Shown piece by piece: positions 33,705-44,699 of a DNA stretch of 64,000 nucleotides; positions within the stretch are counted from its first letter, which is position 1, and the number at the start of each line of letters is the position of its first letter. This DNA comes from Diplonema japonicum. Lineage: Eukaryota > Protista > Euglenozoa: Diplonemea. Made by a program: the position numbers and the translations under genes. The stretch lies in NCBI GenBank assembly GCA_964019335.1, contig OZ025683.1, forward strand, positions 186,001 through 250,000, given 5' to 3'. The notes beneath the pieces are model-generated. The model worked only from the letters and a program-made list of their open reading frames with translations, had not been told where the DNA came from and searched no databases.

Positions 33705-35072
33705 ATGTCTGGTGGGCTCTCGGTAGGGGTCAAACGATCAAAAACCGATGAGGATCTAGAAGACAGCATACTGCAACTCCAGTTCTTATGCGAAGGGGTT
33801 GCCAAGGGTATTGAACATCAGGAGAGAGCCGCGAAGAAGGCGAGAATGGCAGACGAGGAAAAGCTCCGCAAGGAAGTGGAAAAGATGGACGAAAAGGAAA
33901 CACAGCGAGAAATAATGCGCGCGAGGCTCCGAATGTTCGTGGGCGACAAAGGGAACTGCCTGACCCTCGACGTAGGAGGTGTGAAGTTCGTCACAACGAG
34001 GGACACCTTAATGGCGATACCGGACACACTATTCACAGCCCTTCTATCAGGACACTTTTCAATAGATAAAACAGACGATGGGGCTATCAAGCTCGATCGC
34101 GACCCTGCTTACTTTTCCTATATCTTGAACTACCTACGGGGGTACCGAGAAACCGGGCGGTGCACCACCCTGTTTACCCTCAAGGGTCTCCCGAACCTAT
34201 CTGCTATGCACATTGCACAAGAGGCTGAGTTCTACGGACTGACATCTCTGCGCGCCATGGCCTTGAACTACACCTCTTTCATCGTCTCGAAGGAGGTTGA
34301 CTCGCCGTACAACACTGTCAACGAAGCACTGGAGAAAGCTTCTAATGGGGATCGAATCGTGGTGTACCCTGGGACGTACTTCGAGTCGATCACAGTGACG
34401 AAGGAGGTAGAGATTGTAGGGGAAGGTCCTAGGGACAAGATTGTGATCGTGACAACGGACGGGAACCCAACCGTGGTGTTCAAAGAAGGGTGCAAGGGGA
34501 AGATGTGCAACATCAGTCTGAGAGAGATGTCGAGGTTCGGGGTATGCACCGTGGAGGTGAAAGGACAAGCGAATGTAACATTGGACCAGTGCGATCTATC
34601 GACGAGACAGGAGGCCAACACTATTAATGTTTCCGACAAAGCTTCATTGACGCTTACCATGAGCAGGATTCATGGCGCGAAGGGAAGCGCTGTTCTTATT
34701 CGTGACGAGGCGTCCGCTGAGATCAAGAACAACGAACTGATCAACATAAAATGCTGTGCTCTTCAAGCCCGCCATGATGCCACCTACGAGCTCTCGGGCA
34801 ACGTTATCCAGAATGCAGCGTACGGCGGTGTAGATGCTGCAGACAACACAAAAGGGGTCATTCGGAATAATTCTATTTCGCATTGTAAAAGGGCGGGCGT
34901 TGTACTCCACGGCTCATCCTCCACCAACATCCAAGGCAATGTGATCTCGAAGAACGAGTGCGGGGTAAGACTGTTCCCCGACTCCAAAATTTTGTCATTT
35001 ACGGACAACAGGATCTACAACAACACGAACGATCTGGAAGGGTTGGAGGCTCCCGGTGAAACCGAGGGTTAG
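33705..35072 (+). CDS. KCTD-type BTB/POZ plus right-handed beta-helix protein
   Basis: LDVGGVKFVTTRDTL, LDRDPAYFSYILNYLR and EAEFYGL; then GDRIVVYPGTYFE and parallel beta-helix repeats. The start could be 33618. Confidence 0.88.
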   Translation: MSGGLSVGVKRSKTDEDLEDSILQLQFLCEGVAKGIEHQERAAKKARMADEEKLRKEVEKMDEKETQREIMRARLRMFVGDKGNCLTLDVGGVKFVTTRDTLMAIPDTLFTALLSGHFSIDKTDDGAIKLDRDPAYFSYILNYLRGYRETGRCTTLFTLKGLPNLSAMHIAQEAEFYGLTSLRAMALNYTSFIVSKEVDSPYNTVNEALEKASNGDRIVVYPGTYFESITVTKEVEIVGEGPRDKIVIVTTDGNPTVVFKEGCKGKMCNISLREMSRFGVCTVEVKGQANVTLDQCDLSTRQEANTINVSDKASLTLTMSRIHGAKGSAVLIRDEASAEIKNNELINIKCCALQARHDATYELSGNVIQNAAYGGVDAADNTKGVIRNNSISHCKRAGVVLHGSSSTNIQGNVISKNECGVRLFPDSKILSFTDNRIYNNTNDLEGLEAPGETEG

Positions 35073-35695
35073 TTGATGCGTGATTCGCTCTCTTTCCCCC
35101 CCCCCTCTTTTTTTTGCCCCACTCATCACTGTAATATTCTTTCCCCCTTCCCCTTTTCTCTTTTTCTTCATACATAGCGCAAACCAGTGAAGGTTCCTTT
35201 ACGCAGCGATCATGGACCTGTACTGCCGTTATCCAGCAGCATGTGTTTTATCCATGCAGTGTTTATCGATGGAACAAAACGTAATTGATAGTGGCTATCT
35301 ATGAATTTTTAACCCCCTCTTTTTTTTTTCTTCCATCACGCTGAAAAATGAGGCAACAAACAACTTTTTTTAAAAAAAAAAGTAAAATCTTAAGATCTAT
35401 ACACACTCTCAACCATTTTTTTTTTTTTTTAAGTGAAACTTGCTCTCGACTCCCACTCACCCCTTCTTGAGTAAGCTCTCCCCCTCCCTCCCAAATAGGT
35501 AGTTAAAAAGAACAAAAAACATAAAATAAAGTGTCATTGTTATGACACCCCCCCCCCCCCCCGAAAACAAGAAAACGCCTGTTGCCCCTTTTCTCTCTCT
35601 CTTTTTTCTTTGAACAACCCCATAGTTCTTAAGTAAACTTTTTTTCGAAAAGGGGGGGAGAAGAGGGAGAAAAAAAGAAGAAAAAAAAAAAAGAG

Positions 35696-36559
35696 ATGTC
35701 GGTCGCGCCTCAAGGGAGGCCAGGGTCGAAGGTTCCGATAAAGCCGCCAGTGGTAGTTCAGACGAAGGCGCCGCCGAGGGGAGGAGGACCAACTGTGGCG
35801 AAGTCCCCGACGTCCCCTAGAGATAAAAGACCGATAACCCCGAAAAGCTCGACACCCTTGAAAAATTACAGCTACAGACCAGAACGAGAACCGGTCTCGG
35901 TGGTGTCGTCAAGGGGCGCACCGTCTCCTCAGCAACATCTCCCTGTGAGACAAGGAAGCTACCCACCACAGGAAACACGAGAGGAACTGACATTTTGGTC
36001 TCCACCACCGGAGAGCCACTCAATGGGAAGGAGCACATTCGACTGGCACGACAAAGCACCTGAGGACAGGATCCACGTTCCTGAAGAGGTCCATCCGTTC
36101 GGCAGGTACGATTGCGTGGTGAGGGGTTCTTTCATCATTGAAGGGCTGAACTATGCGAAATTTCAAGCCCCAATGAGCAAGGACAATGTAGAACACCGCA
36201 AGAAGTTCACGACAGCACTACGGGACGACATAATAGCGTGCGTGGGCCAAGGTGTCAGGCGGAAGGACATCATGCTGCGGGCAGCCCCCGGTCCCATCCG
36301 TGGGGTGGTGCTGGAGTACGACAAATATAAAGAGGATCTGCCGACGCTTGTCGATGCTGACTGGGGCATCGAATTTGAGTACGCGATTAGGTCTCGAAAT
36401 GAGGTCTCTCAGCAGCATGTCGGCATGATGCTCTTCACGTCCCTCCGTGAGCCTGGCGGCCTTGATGTCGACGATGCAAGGCAGGCCTGGCTTCGATACA
36501 TAGACCCTACAGTCCCACCTAATAATATCTACACCTCTCCAGTCCCTACCGCGCATTAG
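35696..36559 (+). CDS. Hypothetical protein, paralog of 39739..40617
   Basis: Pro-rich N-terminus and a C-terminal domain shared with 39739..40617. Confidence 0.8.
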   Translation: MSVAPQGRPGSKVPIKPPVVVQTKAPPRGGGPTVAKSPTSPRDKRPITPKSSTPLKNYSYRPEREPVSVVSSRGAPSPQQHLPVRQGSYPPQETREELTFWSPPPESHSMGRSTFDWHDKAPEDRIHVPEEVHPFGRYDCVVRGSFIIEGLNYAKFQAPMSKDNVEHRKKFTTALRDDIIACVGQGVRRKDIMLRAAPGPIRGVVLEYDKYKEDLPTLVDADWGIEFEYAIRSRNEVSQQHVGMMLFTSLREPGGLDVDDARQAWLRYIDPTVPPNNIYTSPVPTAH

Positions 36560-37179
36560 TTTGTTTCCCCCCCCCCCCCCCCCCCTCTGTTGTAATGAAT
36601 CAATGTTGCAAAAAAAAAAATCTATCTTAGATGCCCTCAAAGTGAATAAGAACAAAAAAGAAAAAAAAAGTATATTTTTTTTGATCAGCATCTGATTTTT
36701 TTTGTTTTCCCTTTTTTTGTAATGGAATAACATACATCGAATGGTTGAGGGGTTACCTTTCTGTGAGGGAAGGGTGGGGGGGGGGGAGGGGTGGGTGTGT
36801 GTTGTGGGAGCTTTTTTTTTTTTTTTATAGTGGGTTCGGTTCCCCTGTAAAACTCCTGAGAGTGAACAGTACTTTAGTTCCAGTTTTTGTCGCCAAATGC
36901 CCCCCCCCCCCCCCCCCCCCCCCCCTCCTTTTTTGGCTGAAAAACACAATAGAAAAAAAAGGGGGGGTGAGAAAAAAAAACAAAACAAAAAAACCTTGTA
37001 AAACTCTTTTGTTAAACCGGAAAAGAATAAATAATTATATCCGATGAAACTCTAAAGAAGCACAAAAAAAAAAAAAAAAAAAAAAAAAAACGGAATCTTT
37101 CTTTATTTCTTTCTTTCTTTTTTTTTTTTAGTTCCATGTCATATACTCGAAAAGAAAGAAAGGGAGAGATTAAAAAAAA

Positions 37180-38844
37180 ATGTCGAAAATCGGGAGATTG
37201 CTGTCTGTGAACCATGCAGGCTTGCCCCGCCTGCCCATCCCTGAGCTGGGAGATACCATGACAAGGTATTTAGCGAGCGTGAGGCCCCTTGCTTCGGATG
37301 CTGAGTACAATGAGCAGGTTGGCCTTGTCGAAGCCTTTACAAAGGGGACAGGGAAGGAGCTGCAGCAGTCCCTCGTCGCCAGGGACGCCGCGCAGGCAGC
37401 TCTGAACGAGAGACCCTTCTTCCACTTCGAGAACTACTGGGACGACGCGTACCTGTGTGCGAGGTGCCCGAACCCTGTGAACATCAGCCCTTTTTACATC
37501 ATGCAAAAGCCTTCGCAGTCAACGGGGGTGGAAAACGCCGCAAGATTTGTACACGGGGCCTTGCAGTGGCTCGTGACCGCACGTAACGGTGAGCTGAAGG
37601 ACGACGGCGGTGACATGTCGCAGCTTGCAATGTTCCTAGGCACGACAAGGATCCCTCAGCTGGTGCGGGACACACTCGAGTTCCACGCCGACACATCTTC
37701 GCACATTGTAGTGCAGCGCAGTGGCAAGTTCTACCGGGTGGAAGTCATGAAGCAAGGCGTGCCTGCGTCTGTCGCCGATCTCACCGCCACCTTCAACGCC
37801 ATCAAACAGAACGCTACAACGGACGACACACCTTGCATCTCCTCCCTGACCACCGAAGACAGGGACGTGTGGGCTAACGCGAGGACCGAGCTAATCTCGT
37901 CCAGCGCAGCCAACAAGAACAGCATCAAGGATATCGACACCGCGCTTCTTATGGTAGCCCTTGACCATGGGCAAGAGGACGGTCCCGCCTCCACTGCGAA
38001 GTCTCTCCTCCACGGGACGGCACCCAATGCCACGTACAAGAACAGGTGGTACGACAAGCACCAGCTGGTTGTCGACGATGCTGGCAACACCGGCATGATC
38101 TTCGAGCACTCCTTCAGCGACGGCGGGTCTTGGAACAAGGCTATCGGCGACTTCTGGCCGATTGTGACCGGCAACCACTCCCTCTCCCCCGCGGCCACCC
38201 TCCCTTTCCAGGAGCTGTCTTGGGAATTTTCCGAGAAAACCATGAACAGCATCAAGGCGGCCGAGGTGAAGTTGGAGAAAGACATTGACGAGGAGACTCA
38301 AGTGGCGGTGGTGAACTGGGAGGAGTACGGGAAGGACGCCATCAAGCAGTGCAAGGTGTCACCGGACGCCTTCGTGCAGCAGGCGTTCCAAGTTGCGTAC
38401 CAGCAGGTCCATGGGAAGCCTGCTGCGACATACGAGGCAGCAGCAATGAGGGGGTACTTCCACGGGAGGACGGAGACAATCAGGAGTTTGACGGTGGAAG
38501 GGAACGACTTCGCGAGGTCGATGGCAAGGGGTGAGGGGTCCACCGAGGTATTGAGGGAGAAGCTGGTGGCGGCGGCTAAGGCACAGTCCGGCGTTGCCCG
38601 TCTGGCGGCTGGTGGGCAGGGCATTGACAGACACCTTATGTCCCTCAAGATGGAGGCAACCGAACACAACGTTGTCGATTCGTCTGATGCTTCTCTTGAG
38701 CTCTTCTCGTCCCCCCTCTACGCCCAGTCCTCCACCTGGACTCTTTCCACCTCTAACGTCACCTCTCCCTTCATCGACTACTTTGGGTTCGGGGCAGTGA
38801 CCACTCATGGGTACGGGCTTGGTTACATGGTATGATTTTGAAAT

Positions 38845-38913
<69 letters not shown>

Positions 38914-39079
38914 CTTTTAACAACCGCCTCCCCATTCACCTCTCCGCTTTCCGATCGGGTGAGACTAAAGTGAGGTATGGATGAAAGATCGGGGAATCAA
39001 AATAATAATAATAAAAAAATACAGTGACATGGCTGACAGCGTTGAGGACGCACTGAGGAAGATGATGAAGCTTTTCTAG
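37180..39079 (+). CDS. Carnitine/choline O-acyltransferase (CPT2-like); introns 38830..38912, 38975..39024
   Basis: LPRLPIPEL, NRWYDK, catalytic FEHSFSDG, SPDAFVQ, HGRTETIR, GQGIDRHL, LSTS and GYGLGY motifs. Confidence 0.95.
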
Positions 39080-39738
39080 GGTAGGTGTCTGCTTTTTTTT
39101 TTTCTTTCCCTCTCGTGTTGCGCGTGGTTTGCATAAATGATTTTTTTTTTGTTCTCATTGATTTCCCCTTTTCCCCCCTCCTGATTCTTGTCGCAAATCG
39201 AGCAAAACTAAAGGGAGAATGAATAAAGAAAATGGAAGGAGAAAAAAAAAATAAAATAAAAGGAGAAAGAACGTAAGCTTCCCCCCACCCTCATCTACAC
39301 CCAAGTAGTCGATCCCTGTGTCTGTTGTCGACCCATAGGGTGTGTGTTTGCACAGTTCTCCTCATCCCCTCCTTTTTCTTTTCTTTTATTCTTTTTTTTT
39401 TTTTGCATACCGGACCAACTGAATGCAAAGGTTTTTTTTTGTTCCATTCTCGTTTCGATCCCTTCCCCCCCCCTTTTTTTTTCTCTTGTAACCATATAAA
39501 CCATATGTTCGCTACAAGGAGAAGAAAAAAAAAGAAGGGGGCACAAAAAAAAATTAAGAGAAAAAGGATGGGGGGGATTCAAAGAAAAAAAAAAAGAAGA
39601 AGAAAAAAGAACACCTTTCTGATAACTTTTCCATCGAGCACCTCCGTGCACACTGAAACTTTATCGATTTTTATTATTATTATTACTTCAAACAAAAATA
39701 CTGCCTCAGTTTCTTGAAAGAACAAAAAAAAAAAAGAA

Positions 39739-40617
39739 ATGCCGAGATTAAAAACGGCGATTCCACCAGGAGGCAGCATGGCACAGCCTAAACCCCCGGT
39801 GGAACCACCGGTGAAGGGCCGTTCGTCCTCGCTGAAAAAAGTTAAAATGAGAGACGAAGAAAAAGATCGGAACCGAGGAAGGGGCAGGAACTCCGCACAG
39901 CCCTCCGCGGAGAAAACTACTAGATCCCCAGAGAAGATCCTGACGGTCATGGCCGGGGGGAACCCGTCGTTGCCGCAGTTTGACGCGTACGACACCGCTC
40001 CGGAGGACAGGGTGCTAAGAGATCAAAAATGTTTGTACAAAAACAGTTTTAAATCTGTATCAAAGCACGCCTTCAAAGGAGAACCCACAGTGTCTGCTAC
40101 CTTCAATATAAAAGGCGTCAATTACATGAGATACTTGCAGCTGGCGAAGGTTAACCCACGATCGGTCGGAGAATTCCAAGATGGGATACGGGATGATCTT
40201 TGCAGCCTTCTAGGCTATGGCGTGCGAACCCAGGACATCTTGATGAATATCAGCCCTGGAAAGGTTACAGCAATGTCCTTGATTTACGACAAAAGGGATC
40301 AAGACCTTGATGACGTGAATAACTATAAAGGCCCTCGAATCAGAGATGCGACCTGCGACATGTCGGTGGAGCTGTTGATCCGGTCCCGCGACGTCGTGGC
40401 GCAGCAGAGCATCGCCGCCATCCTCTTCGCTGCCATTCAGGACCGATCCCTTTCGTTAGAATCCACCGTGGCGAAGTACGGGAAGTGGATCGACCCTGCC
40501 AACCGCTACCCCAACCTCACCCTCTACCCGCCCCGACAAGAGGAGGAACCAAAAATTGTACCGACGCCTGTCGTCGGTTCCGCTTGCACCCCACCGTCTT
40601 CCCTTTACCGTTGTTGA
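39739..40617 (+). CDS. Hypothetical protein, paralog of 35696..36559
   Basis: Shares F.I.G.NY, RDD...G.GVR..DI....PG and IRSR..V.QQ with 35696..36559. Confidence 0.8.
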   Translation: MPRLKTAIPPGGSMAQPKPPVEPPVKGRSSSLKKVKMRDEEKDRNRGRGRNSAQPSAEKTTRSPEKILTVMAGGNPSLPQFDAYDTAPEDRVLRDQKCLYKNSFKSVSKHAFKGEPTVSATFNIKGVNYMRYLQLAKVNPRSVGEFQDGIRDDLCSLLGYGVRTQDILMNISPGKVTAMSLIYDKRDQDLDDVNNYKGPRIRDATCDMSVELLIRSRDVVAQQSIAAILFAAIQDRSLSLESTVAKYGKWIDPANRYPNLTLYPPRQEEEPKIVPTPVVGSACTPPSSLYRC

Positions 40618-40941
40618 TACTGTATTTTTTTTTTTTTTTTTTTTTTTTTTCTTTTTCTTTCTTTTTTTTTTTTTTTTTTGAAAATTTACTTCTCTGTGAA
40701 AGAATAACCTATTTTTTCCCGTGTGTTTCCGGTAAATAACCATGCCTCAGTAGCCAATTTAGCCAATTTTTTGCCTTGGCTCAGTTCCAAGTTGGACGAC
40801 TTTTACCTCCCAATTTGCCTAGGCCTTACTTTTGAGAAGGCCTCAGGCAGCTCTATGAACAGCTTTTTTTTTTCGGGGGGGAAATAAAATAAAAATAAAA
40901 GCTAATAAATTTACACGAATAATATATAAAAAAAAAAGAAA

Positions 40942-41178
40942 ATGGTGGGTCATTTCGGCCCCGATCTCGCAGACGAGCTTGAGGTGACTATGATTGATGA
41001 AAAGGACGCGGGGCCGAAACATGCTAAGTCTAAAGATTATGGAGACAAGAGCCAGACAGGGAAGGTGTCTCAAGGTTCGATCGATGCGTGGACACCTGGT
41101 GACCAGTACTTAGCTCGCCTAGCTGGCATACACAATAAGAAGGTCGCGGGGAGCGGGTCGAGGTGCCCAATGCAGTAG
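40942..41178 (+). CDS. Small hypothetical protein (78 aa)
   Basis: ATG preceded by an A-run like neighbouring genes; complex-sequence island between homopolymer spacers. Confidence 0.55.
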   Translation: MVGHFGPDLADELEVTMIDEKDAGPKHAKSKDYGDKSQTGKVSQGSIDAWTPGDQYLARLAGIHNKKVAGSGSRCPMQ

Positions 41179-41246
41179 TTTATTTCTCCCTTTTCTCCCC
41201 TCCCTCTTTTCCCTCCTCCTTCCACCAACAGAAGAAAAAGCAAAAA

Positions 41247-41519
41247 ATGGGGATTGAAAAGGTAGTCCTGTACGGGTGCAAATCGTGCCTCAACTGCTGG
41301 ACCATGTCCCTGGCGCTCCGGTGGCACAAGGTGCCCCATACTTGGTTGGACATCAACCAGAAACTTCACGGGGACTATGTGAACACCCTGCTGGACCGGA
41401 ACAACGTGGAGGAAGAAAACATCAACCTGCCGGTGATTGCGAAAGACGGCAAAGTGTGGTGCAATGTCGGAGGACCCTTGGAACACAGTGAAGTGGCGAA
41501 GAAAATAAAGGACGCGTGA
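41247..41519 (+). CDS. Glutaredoxin-like protein
   Basis: VVLYGCKSCLNC (CxxC) and LPVI..DG (cis-Pro region). Confidence 0.7.
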   Translation: MGIEKVVLYGCKSCLNCWTMSLALRWHKVPHTWLDINQKLHGDYVNTLLDRNNVEEENINLPVIAKDGKVWCNVGGPLEHSEVAKKIKDA

Positions 41520-41598
41520 CGTTTTTTTTTTTTTTTTTTTTTTTTTTCCCGTTCAAAAAAAAAAAAAAAAGCAAAAAAAAAAAAAGAAAAAAAAAAAG

Positions 41599-42207
41599 AT
41601 GAATTTAAATGACGCCATTTGGCACCTCAAAGAGGAGAATCGCAAGTTGCAGTCCGGGATAGAAAATGTCATGCGCTATGCGGAGATGCCTACAGAAGAA
41701 GAGCAGGAAGTCGAACGAGTTCTGATCAGCTTAGACAGTGAGGTGAATATTTTACAAGAAGAAAAACGTGCGATGCTCTCACGTGTGGAAGAAGAGCAAG
41801 GGTACGGACGAGAAGTAAACGAAGATAGCGTTCGACTGGAAGTGGAGGTGGAGGGAAGCAACGAGGTACTACAAGGGCTGCACGCTCAAGAGCAGGCAAT
41901 GTTGGCACAGGTGAATGCAACAGAAGATAATATTTTAGATTACAACAAAACTGCGGAAGCGAGAAGAGAACACCTCCTGCTTGAACACCGGGAGCTCCTT
42001 GACAGCATTCCCACAATGCAGGCCCATCTCGCCAGGCTGCAGCAGCAGCACGAGCTGTTCCTCACACCTCATCAATCCCTGCAAAACACCTTAGATTCTC
42101 TCCTAACGTCTGCCCACAGTGACACTGTCCCTCTCCCTGCGTATACCGCACTTCAAGATCAGTGCAACGAACTGCATTCAAAGCTTTCAGGTTTAGTTGC
42201 CCAGTGA
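41599..42207 (+). CDS. Coiled-coil hypothetical protein
   Basis: 202-aa E/L-rich heptad ORF with ATG after an A-run. Confidence 0.75.
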   Translation: MNLNDAIWHLKEENRKLQSGIENVMRYAEMPTEEEQEVERVLISLDSEVNILQEEKRAMLSRVEEEQGYGREVNEDSVRLEVEVEGSNEVLQGLHAQEQAMLAQVNATEDNILDYNKTAEARREHLLLEHRELLDSIPTMQAHLARLQQQHELFLTPHQSLQNTLDSLLTSAHSDTVPLPAYTALQDQCNELHSKLSGLVAQ

Positions 42208-42324
42208 TATTGTTTACATAATACTAGATTTGTATTTATTTATTTGCTGTTTTTGTTTTTGTTTCGTCTTTGATATCTCCAGGTCCGAGTTTATTAAAGG
42301 AAGGAGAAAAAAAAAAAGAAAAAA

Positions 42325-42782
42325 ATGCCCAAGCAGGCCAAGACCCAGCAGAAGACCAAGGTGGTGGACTCCCGTCACAAGAGGGCCGCCGAGGGCAAGC
42401 TGATCTACAAAATCGACTGCTCCATCCCCTGCACCGACAGCCTGTTCACCCCTGAGCTCATGGACAGCTTCGTTGCGTACCTCACCGCCAGCCTGAAGAT
42501 CAACGGCAAGACCGGTCAGCTCGGTGACAAGGTGAAGATCGCCAAGGACGACAAGGCCGTCAACGTGTCCGTCTTCAAGGTGTGAAAAAATCAAAGATCC
42601 AGGAAAAATAAATCTTTTAAAAAAAAAAGGTTCTGTTCGCCAAGAGGTACCTCAAGTTCCTCACCAGGAAGTTCCTGAAGAAGGAGAAGTTGAGGGACTA
42701 CATCCGCCCTGTGTCCACTGGCAAGCACGACTACCAGCTCAGGTACTACAACATCCACCTTGACGAGGAGGCCGAGGAATGA
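42325..42782 (+). CDS. RPL22: 60S ribosomal protein L22 (eL22), copy 1; intron 42580..42629
   Basis: KIDCSIP and KINGKTGQLG; spliced FAKRYLKFLTRKFLKKEKLRDYIR...YQLRYYNI; strong C/G-ending codon bias. Confidence 0.96.
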
Positions 42783-42964
42783 GCGTGACCTAGTGTGGAC
42801 CCTTCCCCCAACCCTTATCAGTTCATTCTGTGTCATTTTTTTTTTTTTTTTTTTTTGACGTGATTTTTGGGACGTGCTTTTATTACGTTGTCTTTTTGTG
42901 TTGTTGGTAAACGTCTCCTTGTGGGGTAGCTCATCACAGATTCTAGTTGCATATCTCATTCAAA

Positions 42965-43433
42965 ATGCCCAAGCAGGCCAAGACCCAGCAGAAGACCAAG
43001 GTGGTGGACTCCCGTCACAAGAGGGCCGCCGAGGGTAAGCTGATCTACAAAATCGACTGCTCCATCCCCTGCACCGACAGCCTGTTCACCCCTGAGCTCA
43101 TGGACAGCTTCGTTGCGTACCTCACCGCCAGCCTGAAGATCAACGGCAAGACCGGTCAGCTCGGTGACAAGGTGAAGATCGCCAAGGACGACAAGGCCGT
43201 CAACGTGTCCGTCTTCAAGGTGTGAAAAAAAAATCAAAAATCAAGGAAAAAAAAATCTTTTGAAAAAAAAAAAAAAAAAGGTTCTGTTCGCCAAGAGGTA
43301 CCTCAAGTTCCTCACCAGGAAGTTCCTGAAGAAGGAGAAGTTGAGGGACTACATCCGCCCTGTGTCCACTGGCAAGCACGACTACCAGCTCAGGTACTAC
43401 AACATCCACCTTGACGAGGAGGCCGAGGAATGA
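42965..43433 (+). CDS. RPL22: 60S ribosomal protein L22 (eL22), copy 2; intron 43220..43280
   Basis: Same protein sequence as copy 1. Confidence 0.96.
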
Positions 43434-43544
43434 GCGGATTAACGCACATCATTTTTTGAGTGAGTCAATATTTTTTTTCACCCCACCCTGTTTTTTTAAA
43501 AAAAAACCCCCCATCTTTAAAATATCCAAAGTGGTACACAAAAA

Positions 43545-44127
43545 ATGGGTGGTAAGTCAAGTAAACAGCAAGATCCATTGCCGGCGAGCGTTGCAAAGTG
43601 CGTGGGGAACAGCAGCTTGGGACCGGCGAATGACATTAACGAGAAAGATTTGATTTTGCTGAAAAGGTGCTTGCAAGAGGAAAGCCTGGCGGCAGGGGCG
43701 GCAGAGAAGCTACCGGATGGGTCGACAGCCGTCCACAAGGCTGTCGATAAGAACAGGAAAGATTTGTTGGTTGCCCTGCTCACCGCATCTGGGGTGTACG
43801 CCCCCCCTGCTGGGTTTGTAAATATGAAAAAGGCGGGGGGTTCAACGCCTCTTCATTGTGCCGCAGTTAAAGGTTACACTGAAATCGTGAAAACCCTGCT
43901 GGAGTACGGGGCAGATCCGACAGCTACAAACGATAATCAAAGGTCGCCCTTGGTATGTTTGAGGAGAAAAAAAAAAAAAAAAAGAAAAAAGAAAACAAAA
44001 AACACAGGAATTTTGCGAGTGTAACCTTGACATGTCTCATGACCCTGGAGGTGAGCTCAAACAGCGTGCCTTGGCAAAAGCTGAAATTCACAAAATAATA
44101 ACGCAAGCTGTAAAAGATTGGCAGTGA
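43545..44127 (+). CDS. N-myristoylated ankyrin-repeat protein; intron 43953..44007
   Basis: MGGKSS myristoylation motif; GSTAVHKA and GSTPLHCAAVKGYTEIVKTLLEYGAD ankyrin repeats. Confidence 0.88.
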
Positions 44128-44699
44128 AATCAGGGGGGGGGGGGGGGGGGGGATGCAGGGGAAAATGATATTTCTTTTTCTCTTCTACCACCCCCCTTCT
44201 TTTTATAAACAAAAAATATTTTTTTTGCCTAATTATTAAAACATGTGGTGGGTGGTTGCTATCATAGATCCCCCTCATCGCAGGTGTCTTTTGTTGTTGT
44301 TGTTGTTGTTGTAGTTTGCCACTCCCCCGCTTCCCTCTTTCTCCTTCGAAAGGGGAAGAAGCAGAAACCCGTGGTTTGAAGAAAAAAAAAAAGGAAAGAA
44401 AAAAAGAAGAAGAAAAAAAAAAAAAGCCAACTACTGTTCGTCGATAGTGCAATATAACTTCATTTTTTTGGAGAAAAAAATATTATTATCCCCCCCCCCC
44501 CGTAACTTCACACAAATATTTTCCCCTTTTTTGTTTTCCCGGCTTATTGACACACAAAAGAGAAAAAAAAAAAAAAAGCGATTAAAGAAAAAAAGAATGA
44601 TGTTGATCTTCTTCCCCCCCCCCCTTTTTTTCCCCCTGTCCGACGAGAATTAAAAAAGAAAACAAAAAAATCAAGGTTCAAAAAAAAAAAAAAAAAAGA

